This document shows, in pieces, positions 11,551 to 22,600 of a stretch of 64,000 bases of DNA; the stretch's first letter is position 1; each line of letters starts with the position of its first letter. The stretch is taken from positions 10,602,001 to 10,666,000 of the forward strand of contig OU015567.1 of NCBI GenBank assembly GCA_907165135.1. The letters are read 5' to 3'. A program made the translations under genes and the position numbers. Origin of the DNA: Oikopleura dioica (Eukaryota > Animalia > Chordata). A model generated the notes under the pieces. That model was not told the origin of the DNA. It worked only from the letters and a program-made list of their open reading frames with translations, and made no database searches.

Positions 11551-12285
11551 TCAATGATGTTTTTGAGTGTAGCAGATTGGAAGTGAGGGTTGCAAATAAG
11601 GAGAATCACCAAATATATTTGACATGACTCTTAAGTTTTGATCTTTGAGTTTTATACTGCCATTTATAACAATATGGGCATGCACATCTTCAGGTCTTGA
11701 CTTCATGTCCTTGACAGCTTCTTCTAACTCGCGCTCCACGCCATATTGTTTGCCGAAGACTTTGAAATGACTTTGATCGGCGTACATTCTTAGCAAGACA
11801 GTGATCTCAGTATTACGCCGATTTCCAGTCGTAAATTTCCCTTTTTCAAATGGGTTTTGAGTAATCAAGATGAGATTAAAATCAAATTTTCTTCTGTCGT
11901 TAGTAAAAGCTCTATTGATATCAGGTGAATTAACAGCGTCACTGAACTGATCATCAATCACGATCACGCTTCTTTTCGGAACATTTATGAAATCTGAAGT
12001 TGTAGGAAGCCCTTCTTGGTACTTTATAGTTATATCATCAGGCAACTTGTTGTCCCAATCGATCGGTAAATTATTGATGGCTCCAAAATAAAAAACATGT
12101 CTGATTTTTTTTGTAAAAAATTGATGTCGTATCAGCTTTTCAACAAATTTTGTTTTTCCAGTTCTGAAAATATTTTTAATTCTCGAAAAAAGATAAGAAC
12201 TTTACCCGCTTGCGCCGATGACTTGAATAGATGCGGGGTGGTGAAATTTGATGTCGTCTATGACTCTGCCAGAGAGAGAACGCAT
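11551..12285 (-). CDS. FtsK/A32-like DNA packaging ATPase (230 aa); exons 12285-12206, 12163-11551
   Basis: Walker A VIGASGTGKT (split by a 42 nt intron), Walker B VIVIDD, ILITQNPF motif. Confidence 0.9.
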
Positions 12286-12566
12286 TTTTTTGCTTCAGTG
12301 ACGATAAGCTCGTGAGTAACACCGTTTTTAGGGAATTTCTTCGGCTCCGCGCGAACCGCTTTAAAAAAGCAAATTCGGTTTCCAATGAGCCAAGAAAATT
12401 CTCCTGCAATTTCCGGTGAGAATTTTATCGAAATTTTATCTCCAGCTTTGTAGTTTTGGAGGGAATCGTTTGGACGTTTCAATATCTCTGTTATCTGACC
12501 GTCCAAAAAGAAATTTCTGTTCTTGTGGTAATAACTAGTTGCCGTAAGCTCCGCGAAGAATTCCAT
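12258..12566 (-). CDS. Polinton hypothetical protein (102 aa), overlapping the ATPase start
   Basis: ATG ORF only. Confidence 0.4.
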   Translation of the reverse strand: MEFFAELTATSYYHKNRNFFLDGQITEILKRPNDSLQNYKAGDKISIKFSPEIAGEFSWLIGNRICFFKAVRAEPKKFPKNGVTHELIVTEAKKCVLSLAES

Positions 12567-12788
12567 TGTGGCATTTCAAAACTCTATTCTGAATTCAATC
12601 TTGATTTGTGTAAATAAAAAGGCGTGAAAAAATAACTTCATGAATTCATCGGATTGCCTCGGCATAACTCATTCAGAATTATGCCACGAAGTGTTATTTT
12701 TCCACTCGCTGAGATAAAACGCCATTGCAAGGTCTACAAGACTGAAGAAGGAATATTTACTGGTAGGTTAGATATAAACTTTAGATAA

Positions 12789-14285
12789 ATGTATGACTTT
12801 AAGGAAAACTTGAAAAAAAACTTAATGTCCGAGGGTACTTCGGAAACAATGACAAGAAAAGTCATAAAGCTTCGAAACTACTCAAAAAAGCGGGACGAAG
12901 ACGAGAACAACGCCTTGGAGAAGGAAGCTCCTCGAGTAGCGCGTGGAAACGACCGCTCGCAAAGAGGTCGGACGAGGACGGGTATCCAGATGATCCAGAA
13001 AGCAAAAAGAAGCAAAAACTCACATGCGATGACAACAAGGAAGAGAAAATCGGACAAATCGCCCCTCCAAACAGCCCGGCAAGTCGAAAACAATTTGAAT
13101 CAGGTGGAACCACCTCAGGAGCCCGATATTCGGATTCCGGATCAAGTGGAAGATCAGACAGCGAGAGCGACAGCAGCGGCTCCGACAGTGGCAGCGCAAG
13201 CTCCGGATCAAACTCCTCCTCAGAAGAAGATTAAACTTGACCAGCTTTACATTGATCCGAAACAGATCACTGCTTATTCAACTGATCTACAGCGTTATTT
13301 GCGTGAAAAAGAAACTCTATCTCGACATCGGCGTATCATTAGAAAATTTAAGCGTAGACGAACAGTTGTTTATGGCCCTTATACTCAAATTCAATCTGAT
13401 ACTATGTAAGCAAATTTCTCAATAAAAACTGAAAAAAAAATTGTTTTAGTGATTACAGCATGTATGGTCGTCAAAATCGCGGATATAAATACATTTTAGT
13501 CGTGATTGATGTTTATAGCAGTAGAAACTGGGTAAAAGCTCAGAAAACACTTACTTCCGAGGAAACTGCGGCCTCATTGAAAGAAATAATTGAGTCGATG
13601 GAGCATATACCTTCGACTTTTTCGAGCGATGGTGGAAAAGAATACGCGCCGCGTGTCGAAGGCAAGCGTCAACTTCTCTAGTATCGATTATAAGTTGATT
13701 TTTTAAGGATTCATTAATAAAGTTCTCGTTGAACAATTTGGAATGGTCCAATACAAGCTCGGAGGACCTCACAAAGCTACGATGGCTGAGCGCTTCATGT
13801 AATATCAATATTTTTTCGTTAATAGATCTTTATTATATAGCCGAACTTTTAAAAAAATGATCCAACAGTTTATGGACGAAAATAGAACTAAAACTTGGAT
13901 AAATGTCTATCTTCAATTAAGCGATAACATAAACAAACGGAAGCATAGCCGGCTTGGGATCGCCCCAATAGATATAACTATCGACAATTTTCGTGAATTT
14001 TACCATAAAAAATTTCCAAATGCAGAAACTAAAAACTTGATCTGTAAGTTCGGAGTTGGCGATAAGGTGCGAATTCCAATTATTATTGCGAGTCCAAAAG
14101 CAAAGCGAAAAGCAACATTTGAGAAGGGCTACATGATGAAATGGACAAAAGACCTCTACACGATTTGGAAAGTGCAAAAATCAGGCGACATTTGTTACTA
14201 TCGTGTCGAAGGACCTCGCGGAAAACTTCTGCGACCTCTTTACGAGAATGAACTGAATCTTGTTCTCCGAAAAAGACCCTCATAA
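12789..14285 (+). CDS. Polinton retroviral-like (RVE, DDE) integrase, 456 aa; exons 12789-13405, 13450-13667, 13708-13798, 13841-14285
   Basis: QSDTIDY..YGRQNRGYKYILVVIDVYS; SSDGGKEY; KATMAERFIRTFKK; KFGVGDKVRI..FEKGY..YENEL; introns of 44, 40 and 42 nt restore frame. Confidence 0.93.
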
Positions 14286-14315
14286 AAGACAGTTGAAGAT
14301 GGTTTTTTTTTAAGA

Positions 14316-14708
14316 ATGCGACTGATCCGTCTAAATTCTGACTCGGCAGATATTACAAATTTACCTGGAGAAAAGATGATTAAATGGTGGTTCAGACATC
14401 CTCTCCAGGGATCTTTTGTTTCAGTAATGAGCTACTGTTGCCGATCAAATGATGATCAGCTTGATTTTATGGATATTCGGTGTAATCTGATCAATCCATC
14501 GGTTTTCAATCCGGATAAAATTCTTCTTACGATTCCAAATGGAGTTCAATTCGACTCGCCATCAGGAGCTGAGCAGTGGGATATGATCAGCGGAGGAGAA
14601 TTCTATGTCTCATTAAGGTGATAGTTTTTTAACTTCATTATAAAATGCTTATCTAGGTTACCGAGTCATGTGACCTACATATCGCTTGTTTTAAAAATCG
14701 ATGAGTGA
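14316..14708 (+). CDS. Candidate minor capsid (penton-like) protein, 117 aa; exons 14316-14617, 14657-14708
   Basis: MDIRCNLINPSVFNPDKILLTIP resembles the Polinton minor-capsid motif as I recall it; lies between integrase and protease; unusually short. Confidence 0.45.
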
Positions 14709-14817
14709 TCATATTCAGATCATTCTTGATGATTTGTAAATTTACTCTGTGTAAATATTCGAACTTGTTAGATTTTAAATATGTTTCTGTCATTCTTCAT
14801 AAAAATTGACTGAGAAA

Positions 14818-14986
14818 ATGCCAAAAAAAGGGCTCTGGTAAGAGACAATTATAATTCTTTGATAAAAATAAGCTAAGCCGTAAAATTCGATTTGTCCCAA
14901 AGAGGATCAGAGGCGCCGGAAAAAAAAGGAAATCAAAAAAGAAATCAGGAAAGAAGAGAAGATCAAATGGACGCCGAAAGGTCTAA
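14818..14986 (+). CDS. Putative Lys/Arg-rich core micro-protein (~41 aa)
   Basis: Exon 14873-14986 = LSRKIRFVPKRIRGAGKKRKSKKKSGKKRRSNGRRKV*; joins ATG 14818 only via a 43 nt GG-AG intron (or GT donor plus a 1 nt indel). Confidence 0.45.
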
Positions 14987-15441
14987 AATAAGTTAATTGT
15001 TAATTCTCTATTTTATTCAGCGCTGAAGAGCTGCTGCAAGGTCTCGCGAATTTTGGGGGAATTTTCTTTGCTGACGATTTAATTAAATTCACAATTCTTT
15101 CTTTTCCTGTTGGCTTTTTAATCCACACTAATGAAACGCATTGGATAAGTCTCATAGTTAAAAATGATGTTATCGAAATAATGGACCCCCTTGGCTACAT
15201 AAAAAATAATGCATACGAGAATCTCCACCTATTTCTCAAAACTGAGATGGGTGATCGAACTCTCATTACGTCTCCGAAAATTCAAATGAGTACTCATTCT
15301 AACTGTGGTCTTTTTGCCATCACTTTTCTTTTTTGGTCACTCGAATGTGAGAAATCATTGTTGTCTTTTATGAAATTATTCACAGAAAATGCAATTGAAA
15401 ATACTGCGACAATTAAGAAACTCTTTTCGAAAATAAACTGA
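14967..15441 (+). CDS. Adenain-like cysteine (maturation) protease, 144 aa; exons 14967-14980, 15021-15441
   Basis: Catalytic motifs THWIS, MDPLG, IQ....SNCGLF; 40 nt GT-AG intron. Confidence 0.88.
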
Positions 15442-15559
15442 AAAAATAATATAATTTTATTTTTATTGGTTTGCAAATAAGCAGATACAGAATATATTTG
15501 TTTTTTTGTAGGGCTTGGTAGTTGTTTGAATCAAAGCTCTTGACCGAAATTTAAGCTTT

Positions 15560-15975
15560 CTTTAATACTTTGCTATCCCAGAACAAAGGTTGCGAATATT
15601 GGTTGAACGAAATTTTAAGCCTAAAAAAAATTTTGATTTTTCGAATGTGATTTTTGAGACTTACTTCTTCTTCAATACTTTGATATCCCAGAACAGCCTG
15701 AATATCTCTTTTTTTCTTCTTTTTAAGAAGTTCTCCGTGGTGGTGCTGACTGTGAGCAGACATCGCATTTGATCTGAATTCATTCCTTCTTCAATATTTT
15801 GCTATCCAAGAACAGCCTGAATATCACTTACTTTTTTTTGTCATTTTCATTTTGATTTAGCAGCTGAACAGGATTTAAAGCCTTCAAAAATTGATTTTAA
15901 AGTTTTGAAAGTGATTTTCGAGACTAAAATACCTTCTTTAATACTTTGCTATCAAGGAACAGCCTGAATAACTCT
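15560..15975. repeat. Degenerate tandem array A, 4 copies, period 110-147 bp
   Basis: Core aatactttgctatcccagaacagcctgaat variants at 15564, 15674, 15793, 15940. Confidence 0.75.
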
Positions 15976-16009
15976 TGTTTTCTTCTTAATTTCCTGATAT
16001 TCTTCGTGT

Positions 16010-16450
16010 TTGTTTCTGCTGGTTCGGATTTTTATCAGATGCTCCTTGCAGCAAAACTCGAAGGCGAAAAAATATTCGCCTGAGAAAAACTCTGAGAGAA
16101 AAAAATACCTTTAGAACAACAGGAGCATCTTGCTTTTGCTGGTTTGGATTTTTATCAGATTCTCCTTGCAGCAAAACTCGAAGGCTAAAAAATTCGCGTG
16201 AGAAAAACTCTGAAAGACAAAAATACCTTTAGAGCAGCATGAACATCGTGCTTATGCTGATTTGGGTTTTTATCACATACTCCTTGCATCAAAACTCGAA
16301 GGCGAAAAAATATTCGCGTGAGAAAAACTCTGAAGGACAAAAATACCTTTAGAACAACAGGAGCATCTTGATTTTGCTTTTTCCGATTTTTATCAGATAC
16401 TCCTTGCAGCAAAACTCGATGGCGAAAGAATATTCGTCAGAGAAGAACTC
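16010..16450. repeat. Tandem array B, 4 copies, period 118-120 bp
   Basis: ccttgca(g/t)caaaactcga at 16044, 16164, 16282, 16402. Confidence 0.9.
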
Positions 16451-16576
16451 TAAGAGAATATTGAAAAAAGGATCAAACCTGGAACCTATAGTTTGGTCAA
16501 AAAGTTCCACTCGTTTCTTCGCAATAATGGATTCCGGATCCTGAATAGAGTTAAATATATTTTCCTTGCATAACAT
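16349..16576 (-). CDS. Polinton hypothetical protein (75 aa); its 3' end is the unit of array B
   Basis: ATG ORF ending EYSFAIEFCCKEYLIKIGKSKIKMLLLF*. Confidence 0.4.
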   Translation of the reverse strand: MLCKENIFNSIQDPESIIAKKRVELFDQTIGSRFDPFFNILLEFFSDEYSFAIEFCCKEYLIKIGKSKIKMLLLF

Positions 16577-17137
16577 ACCTTAATTCGATATCTGATGTCA
16601 AACACACCGGTTCCGATGATACGCTACGATCTCATTGTCCTGTCTGAAATCTCACCGATCAGATCATTTTAGAAATATGTATTATTCGATTTAATTTGTT
16701 AAAAAATTAGTTTTGGTAATAGGAGTATCTGATAAAATACGGTATCATTTTAAGAAACAGTAACAAAATTAAAACGAGCATAAATGCTGTTCAAAGATAA
16801 CAAAGTTTTAAAGAATAATGAATCATTTTAAGGTTAATAAACTCTCGTGGGTTTTTTCAAAATCGTCGTCTCTTATTTCTTCCATGTTGTCATCTTCATT
16901 GTTTAAAAATAAGAATATCTTACAATAGAAATCGACTCTTACTCGGTTATATACGCCAAGATCAGAAAATTTCATACTCACTGAGACATCTTCTGACAAA
17001 AGATAAGATCACATCTTTGAACGCCGTAAAATCCGTATTTTTGATCGGATCATATAGGTCGCAAGGGAAACAAAAAAAGATTTCATGGTCGGATGAAAAT
17101 TATAACAATCTTTACGGTCGAGATTAAATCAGATTTA

Positions 17138-18418
17138 TTACACAGCTTCTACAGTAACATCATTTTCAGGAGTAATTGTCAGTTTTTTTTCAATTATAGG
17201 CATGAACAGAAGAAGGTGTTTATCATCAAGTGACTGAGTGAATTTTATTTTGACCACGAGTTGAGCAGCATTGCGTCTTCCGAGCATTTCAAAATTGATC
17301 AAAACAAAGAAGTTGGTTTTGAGATAATGTGGTTGTGGCAAAACACCGGAGCTCCAGGGATTGAGATATCGTTCGCTCATCATAAGGAAATTTTCGTAAA
17401 AATCCATATCTGTTTTAAGGGGGTAACCAGGGAGACTCGAACCATCAACGAGAACATCAACTTGCTCTATGTTTCCACGTTCTAGTTTTGTCAGTGACTG
17501 CTTGTAATCTCCATGTGAGCGTTTGAGACTGGTAACAGAAAGAACCGCGTATTTCGGGAAAGCTCCTTTAGTAAGATTAACAGTGTAATCAGTATCGCCT
17601 TTGTCTAAGGTAGGTCTTCTTATACAGTAGTCCAAGAACGTGGTTTCGAATTTCGAGGTCGCATACTTTTTCATTTCCCTTTCCAATGATTCAGAGAAAA
17701 CAAACATTGCTTTAAAAACAGGCCTGACGAGCTTAACAACTGGATCCGGAAAATCATAGTCAATCTCAACCACATCACCGACATCGTCAGTCGCATCAAG
17801 CATACTCTTCTTTTTTAAAAGCGAAAATTTTGCTGGAGCACGCTCAAACGAGAGATGGATTCCAAGTCCAGCTGGTAAAATAATTGGTGCTCGAGCGATT
17901 CCATGATTTATTGGGATTTTAAATTCGTATCTCAGCCATTTAGTGTTGTAAGTTTTTCCTTCGAATTCGATTTCTTTTAAAAACTCCTTCGCATACATTT
18001 TTCGATTCTCAATTATACTTCTGCCGATGTCGTCTTGGTCAGCTTCGAAAATATCATAGACGCCCATAATCGGAAAAGTTGAGTCGATTGTTGTTTGATC
18101 GAATAATGACTTATTCAAGAAATGAGAAGAAAACGCAGAGTCTAAATCACATGATTTGCTTGTAATTGGGTCTTCTGCGATTTCAATCTTAGGAAGCCCT
18201 TTGAAGAGCTTCGCACAAAAATCATTGTCCAATACATGATTTTCAGGAATTTCAATATGAAAATGCAGCCGAGAATCACACGCCTTGAAATATCTCTTTT
18301 GCGGAACAATGTGAAATTCAAGAGTATCATCAGTGTTGCAATAAGGAGCAGCTTCTTGGATTTTACAGTCCTCGTATCCCAAAGTGTCAAACTTATCGGT
18401 TTTTGAAAAACTGAACAT
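17138..18418 (-). CDS. Major capsid protein (double jelly-roll type), ~426 aa, intronless
   Basis: Size, beta-rich composition and C-terminal FPKYAVLSV..SHGDY..VDVLVDGSSLPGYP..FFVLINF..LVVKIKFTQSL pattern resembling Polinton MCPs; context. Confidence 0.75.
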   Translation of the reverse strand: MFSFSKTDKFDTLGYEDCKIQEAAPYCNTDDTLEFHIVPQKRYFKACDSRLHFHIEIPENHVLDNDFCAKLFKGLPKIEIAEDPITSKSCDLDSAFSSHFLNKSLFDQTTIDSTFPIMGVYDIFEADQDDIGRSIIENRKMYAKEFLKEIEFEGKTYNTKWLRYEFKIPINHGIARAPIILPAGLGIHLSFERAPAKFSLLKKKSMLDATDDVGDVVEIDYDFPDPVVKLVRPVFKAMFVFSESLEREMKKYATSKFETTFLDYCIRRPTLDKGDTDYTVNLTKGAFPKYAVLSVTSLKRSHGDYKQSLTKLERGNIEQVDVLVDGSSLPGYPLKTDMDFYENFLMMSERYLNPWSSGVLPQPHYLKTNFFVLINFEMLGRRNAAQLVVKIKFTQSLDDKHLLLFMPIIEKKLTITPENDVTVEAV

Positions 18419-18976
18419 TTTCAATTGCTCTTTCTCGTTTATTGAGAAGAATGAAATCCGTCGGATCGTGTTAAATCAGAAGTGAGAAACAGTTACTCAT
18501 GGAATACTAATATTTGACTTTGCCCTTTCTTACGCCTCTTCTTGCTCGTCTTCTTCGCGAATTTGAAGTTTATTGCTCGGATAAACTAATAGGATCATAT
18601 TATTTTTCATTTAATTAAAAGTAATTTACCATATGTCTTTTCGATTTCATATCGTAGCAAAAGCACCTGGCGCAAGCTCACACCCGAATGATGAAAGTTA
18701 GTCCTGTCAAACTCGTGACTTGCCAAAAGGCGTTCTCTGTAAAATATAATTCTTATAACTGAAGCTTGAAGAAACACTTACTCTAATGTCTCATCTTTGG
18801 TCTCTGAGAGAAGTTGAGTAACATCTTCATCATTTTTTATTTTTCTTCAATGAGGTTTTTAAAGAGCGTTTAAAGATTTTTCTACAAAATTTATAACCCT
18901 TTCTTGTGTCATTGATCCATGTTGAAGAGCCCGAGTAGTACAGCCTCAGGTCTTCTTGAATTTTTCCATCTTAAGT

Positions 18977-19439
18977 TTATTCATCGGCTATTAAAACTTG
19001 AGAAACAGTTAGCAAACCGATCATCTTCTGCGACGCGCTCATGAACCATGCATCAACACCAATTTGGTAAGGAAAAAATAAATTTTCAGTAATCATACGA
19101 GTCACTTCGCTCAGTTTGTTATTGTTGACGTATGGAATTGACAGAATACATCGATCGATATAGGTTTTCGGCATTCCCTTAACTTTGAGGGATTTATGAG
19201 ATAGTCGAAACTTGTACTGAAGATAGTACTCCAAGTTATTCGCAAGTCTACTAAAGCCAGAGAGCTTAACAGAAATACAGACAACTTCCTTTATCGAAAA
19301 AATCTAAAATCTGCTTTCTTTCCTGGTGATCATTCATCACTTTATATTCTTCTTCTGTAAGAAGTTCATTTATATTCAATTTTTCTTTTGTTAACTCCCG
19401 AAAGAAATCAATCTCTGACTCTTTGAATTTTCCGCTCAT
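18977..19439 (-). CDS. Polinton hypothetical protein, probably spliced
   Basis: MSGKFKESEIDFF... can join EVVCISVKL...IADE* through a 34 nt GA-AG intron. Confidence 0.35.
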
Positions 19440-19663
19440 TCTGGAATTCTGACTCTTCTTTAGTTGAAAAAAATCCTGTAATCGGGAGTTCTTGATTTTA
19501 CTTTGACAGCTTGTTGAAAGGACGGCGTAGAACTCCTCGAAACAGAATTTTTTAAATAACTATTTGTCTTCTCATGTGCACGTGCGAAATTTCGCATGTA
19601 TGGTGAATTTCCGCTGTCAATTTTTTCATACATAAAACAGGAAAGTATGATTTTCCGATAAAA

Positions 19664-22600
19664 ATGAGATTTTTACATTTGAAAGAAGATAACAACCAAT
19701 TTTACAATCTTACTTATCTTGGAGTTCTTCTTAATCAGGAGAAGAAAAAACCTGACAAGCGTCGATTAGAGAAACTGAAGACCCTCATAGATCCGAAACG
19801 TGCAAAAAATCCCTGTCGTGCTGATTACTCCAAATTTATCGACTTTCAGAAGAAATACGGACTTTTTAAAATCCCATGTTTATCAGGAAAATATTCAAAA
19901 TTTTAATAATAAATGGCATTGAACGATAAGTTTTGAAATTTCGAAAAGCACTGGAAAGCGACTTTAATGTCCATTTCACAATCTATCAGAAAACAGCGAA
20001 TGGCGGCGATAGTCTTTTTTATAAAACGCAGCATCCGGGTCCAGGCAGTGTCGGTCTGACGTTTTTCTTCAAAGACCAGCGTTTTAATGGATTCAATCAG
20101 CTTAAGCTTCTTGACGATGGATTTATCAACCATGGAATTGACCGGATAAATACTCTTGAGCTGACCATCTTCGAAGCCGTTGCGAAAGTGAAAAACAAGG
20201 ATTTATACAAGTGCCCGAGGTTGTTTTTCAAAAAAGCAGCCGAAATACGACAGAAATGGATCGACTTCGCACAAACAAGTGATATCACAGTCTCCAATTA
20301 CAAGAATTTCTCGAGGTTGTTTAATGTCAAACTTGTTCTTTGGCGCAGACTGTCAAGGCCTGGTGCTGACAGAGTTTCCAGACAGCTAGATTTTTATTGT
20401 GGCTCTGGAAAAATACTTCAACTGGAGCTTTCGAAGGATGATCAGACGAAAACATTCTCGGATAGTACATTCTTTAAGCTTCTGCCCGAGCAAATCAATT
20501 TTGACCTCTGTCCAACGCCTAATTGCTCCTTCAGCTGCTCAGATCGTGCAAAGTTTTCGAAACATCTGGAAACATGCACTGACAAAACAACTTTCTCACA
20601 TAAACAGAAGAAATATGGAATGTTTACTGATCACACTCGTTACGATCTGATTTACGACAAGATTTTGCGTCCAAATGAGTTTCATCAAAGCTTTGTGGCT
20701 TTTGACATTGAAACTGCTTCTGTCCCAAGGTCCGAAAAAGAGAAGAACATAAGTTCCACGACTGAGGAATTGTCTGCGTATAAGCTGATCTCTATTGCAT
20801 GGCATGCGTACAACCCAGCCGGAGACGAGTATACAAAGAAATTTCTATGGCGCAGAGGGACAAGTCAAGAATCTCTTTTCTCCTTGCTTGATGAATTTTA
20901 CGTGGACTTATGTGATATTCAGGAAGAATTTAATAGGACTCTCTCGAGAAAAATCGATAATGAGAAATGGCGCTTGATCCGATTGAAGAATAGTGAGAAA
21001 TTTCACAATTTTCCAGTTGAAAAGCAAGCAGAACTCTGTGATAGGCTCAAATATCTTGATGATTTCTATTCTCTCAATGTTTATGGTTGGAATAGCGAAC
21101 GCTTCGACTTGACTGTTATAATCAATGCTCTGACTGAAGTTGTTCGTCGTAGACATCCCCACTTACTAGTCACAAAGCGAGACAAGGACACTCGTTTTGA
21201 GCCAAAGATGAATATGATCCAGAGAGGCGCCGGAACAATGCTTGCTTCCTATGGCAATATCAAATTTAAGGACATGATGAATCTCGTTGAAAGAGGGACA
21301 TCGCTGGAAAAGGTAAAAGCGCAGATTGAAAATCCTGTTTTAATTTTTGTTTGTTAGTTCGTGCAATCACTTGGTTTGCAGATAGCAAAGGCTGTTTACC
21401 CATACGAACGTTTCAAAGACACTGACGAGCTCATCAGTTACAAAGGATTCCCACCGTACTCCGACTTTTATAGCTCTTTCTACATTCCTGTCGAGAAAGA
21501 AGTTCACCTGGTCAACAAATTTCTTATTGAACACTGCTGGACGATTGATGATCTTGCTGCTGAAATTGATGTCCCTGTAGAAAAACTCAACAGTCTAGCA
21601 GATAGTTTTGAGTGTTGCTATGAAACCACCGATGAAAATATCGAGCTTCTTGCTAAGAAATGGGAAATACCAATTGATGAAATCAAATATTTCGCAGAAA
21701 ACTCTTTTCGCTGTTTTGCAATCAACGAAGAGTCCAAAAAATTTTTCAATATCTCAGTGGATAAATACTTGGCTTCAAAGGACTTATTCGAAGAAGAAAA
21801 ATGTGAAACGATGCTCGATTGGCTGCGTGTCTATAATCTCATCGACACAGACATGCTAAGCCAAGGCATTGTAGAATACAGTAACCAGTTTGCCGAAAAA
21901 TTTAATGTGAATATCCATCAATATATCTCATTGGCGCAAGTTGCTGAAAAGATTGCGTTTGGTAAATACGCGCGTGCGACACCCATCTACTCGATCACTG
22001 ATGCTGAATTGAGAAAGGACATCCGTGAAGCCTTGACAGGAGGAATGACGCACGTGTTTCACCGACTGATCGAATTGAACCAACCAGATGGGCCTCTTCC
22101 ACATGCCGCCCGATATGCTGACAATGGCGAACTCTTCAAAATGATTAAACAGCTTGATGCGAATAGTTTGTATCCTTTTACTCTACAGGATTCTCTGCCA
22201 TGTGGTCCTGGAATCGCTGTATATCCTGGGGATATCGGTGACGCTACTCGTGCTGGTGATGTTGGATATTTCAAGTTGAATCTGCTCTATGAGGGCAAAG
22301 AATCAATCTCCCTCAAAAGCTTGCAGTATCTAGAATATCTGCGACATCAATCTGGTGTGGATATCCAACATGCGTATCACATAGGCGAAAAGAAAATTGG
22401 GAAGTATTCTCTTGATGGATATTATGAGAAAGACAATATCAGATGGGGAGTTGAGTTTTACGGCTGCTATTGGCACAAATGTCGTTCATGTAAAATCCAA
22501 ACAAATGAGGACGCTGACGAAGAACGGGACAAGGAAAGAAAGAAATTCATAGAGAAGAAAATCGACATCCTTAAAATAAAGCGAGAATGTCACTTCGACA

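Noticed and set aside
15560-16450. Possible CRISPR-like array
   Set aside because: Eukaryotic context, no cas genes, degenerate repeats and mutually similar spacers
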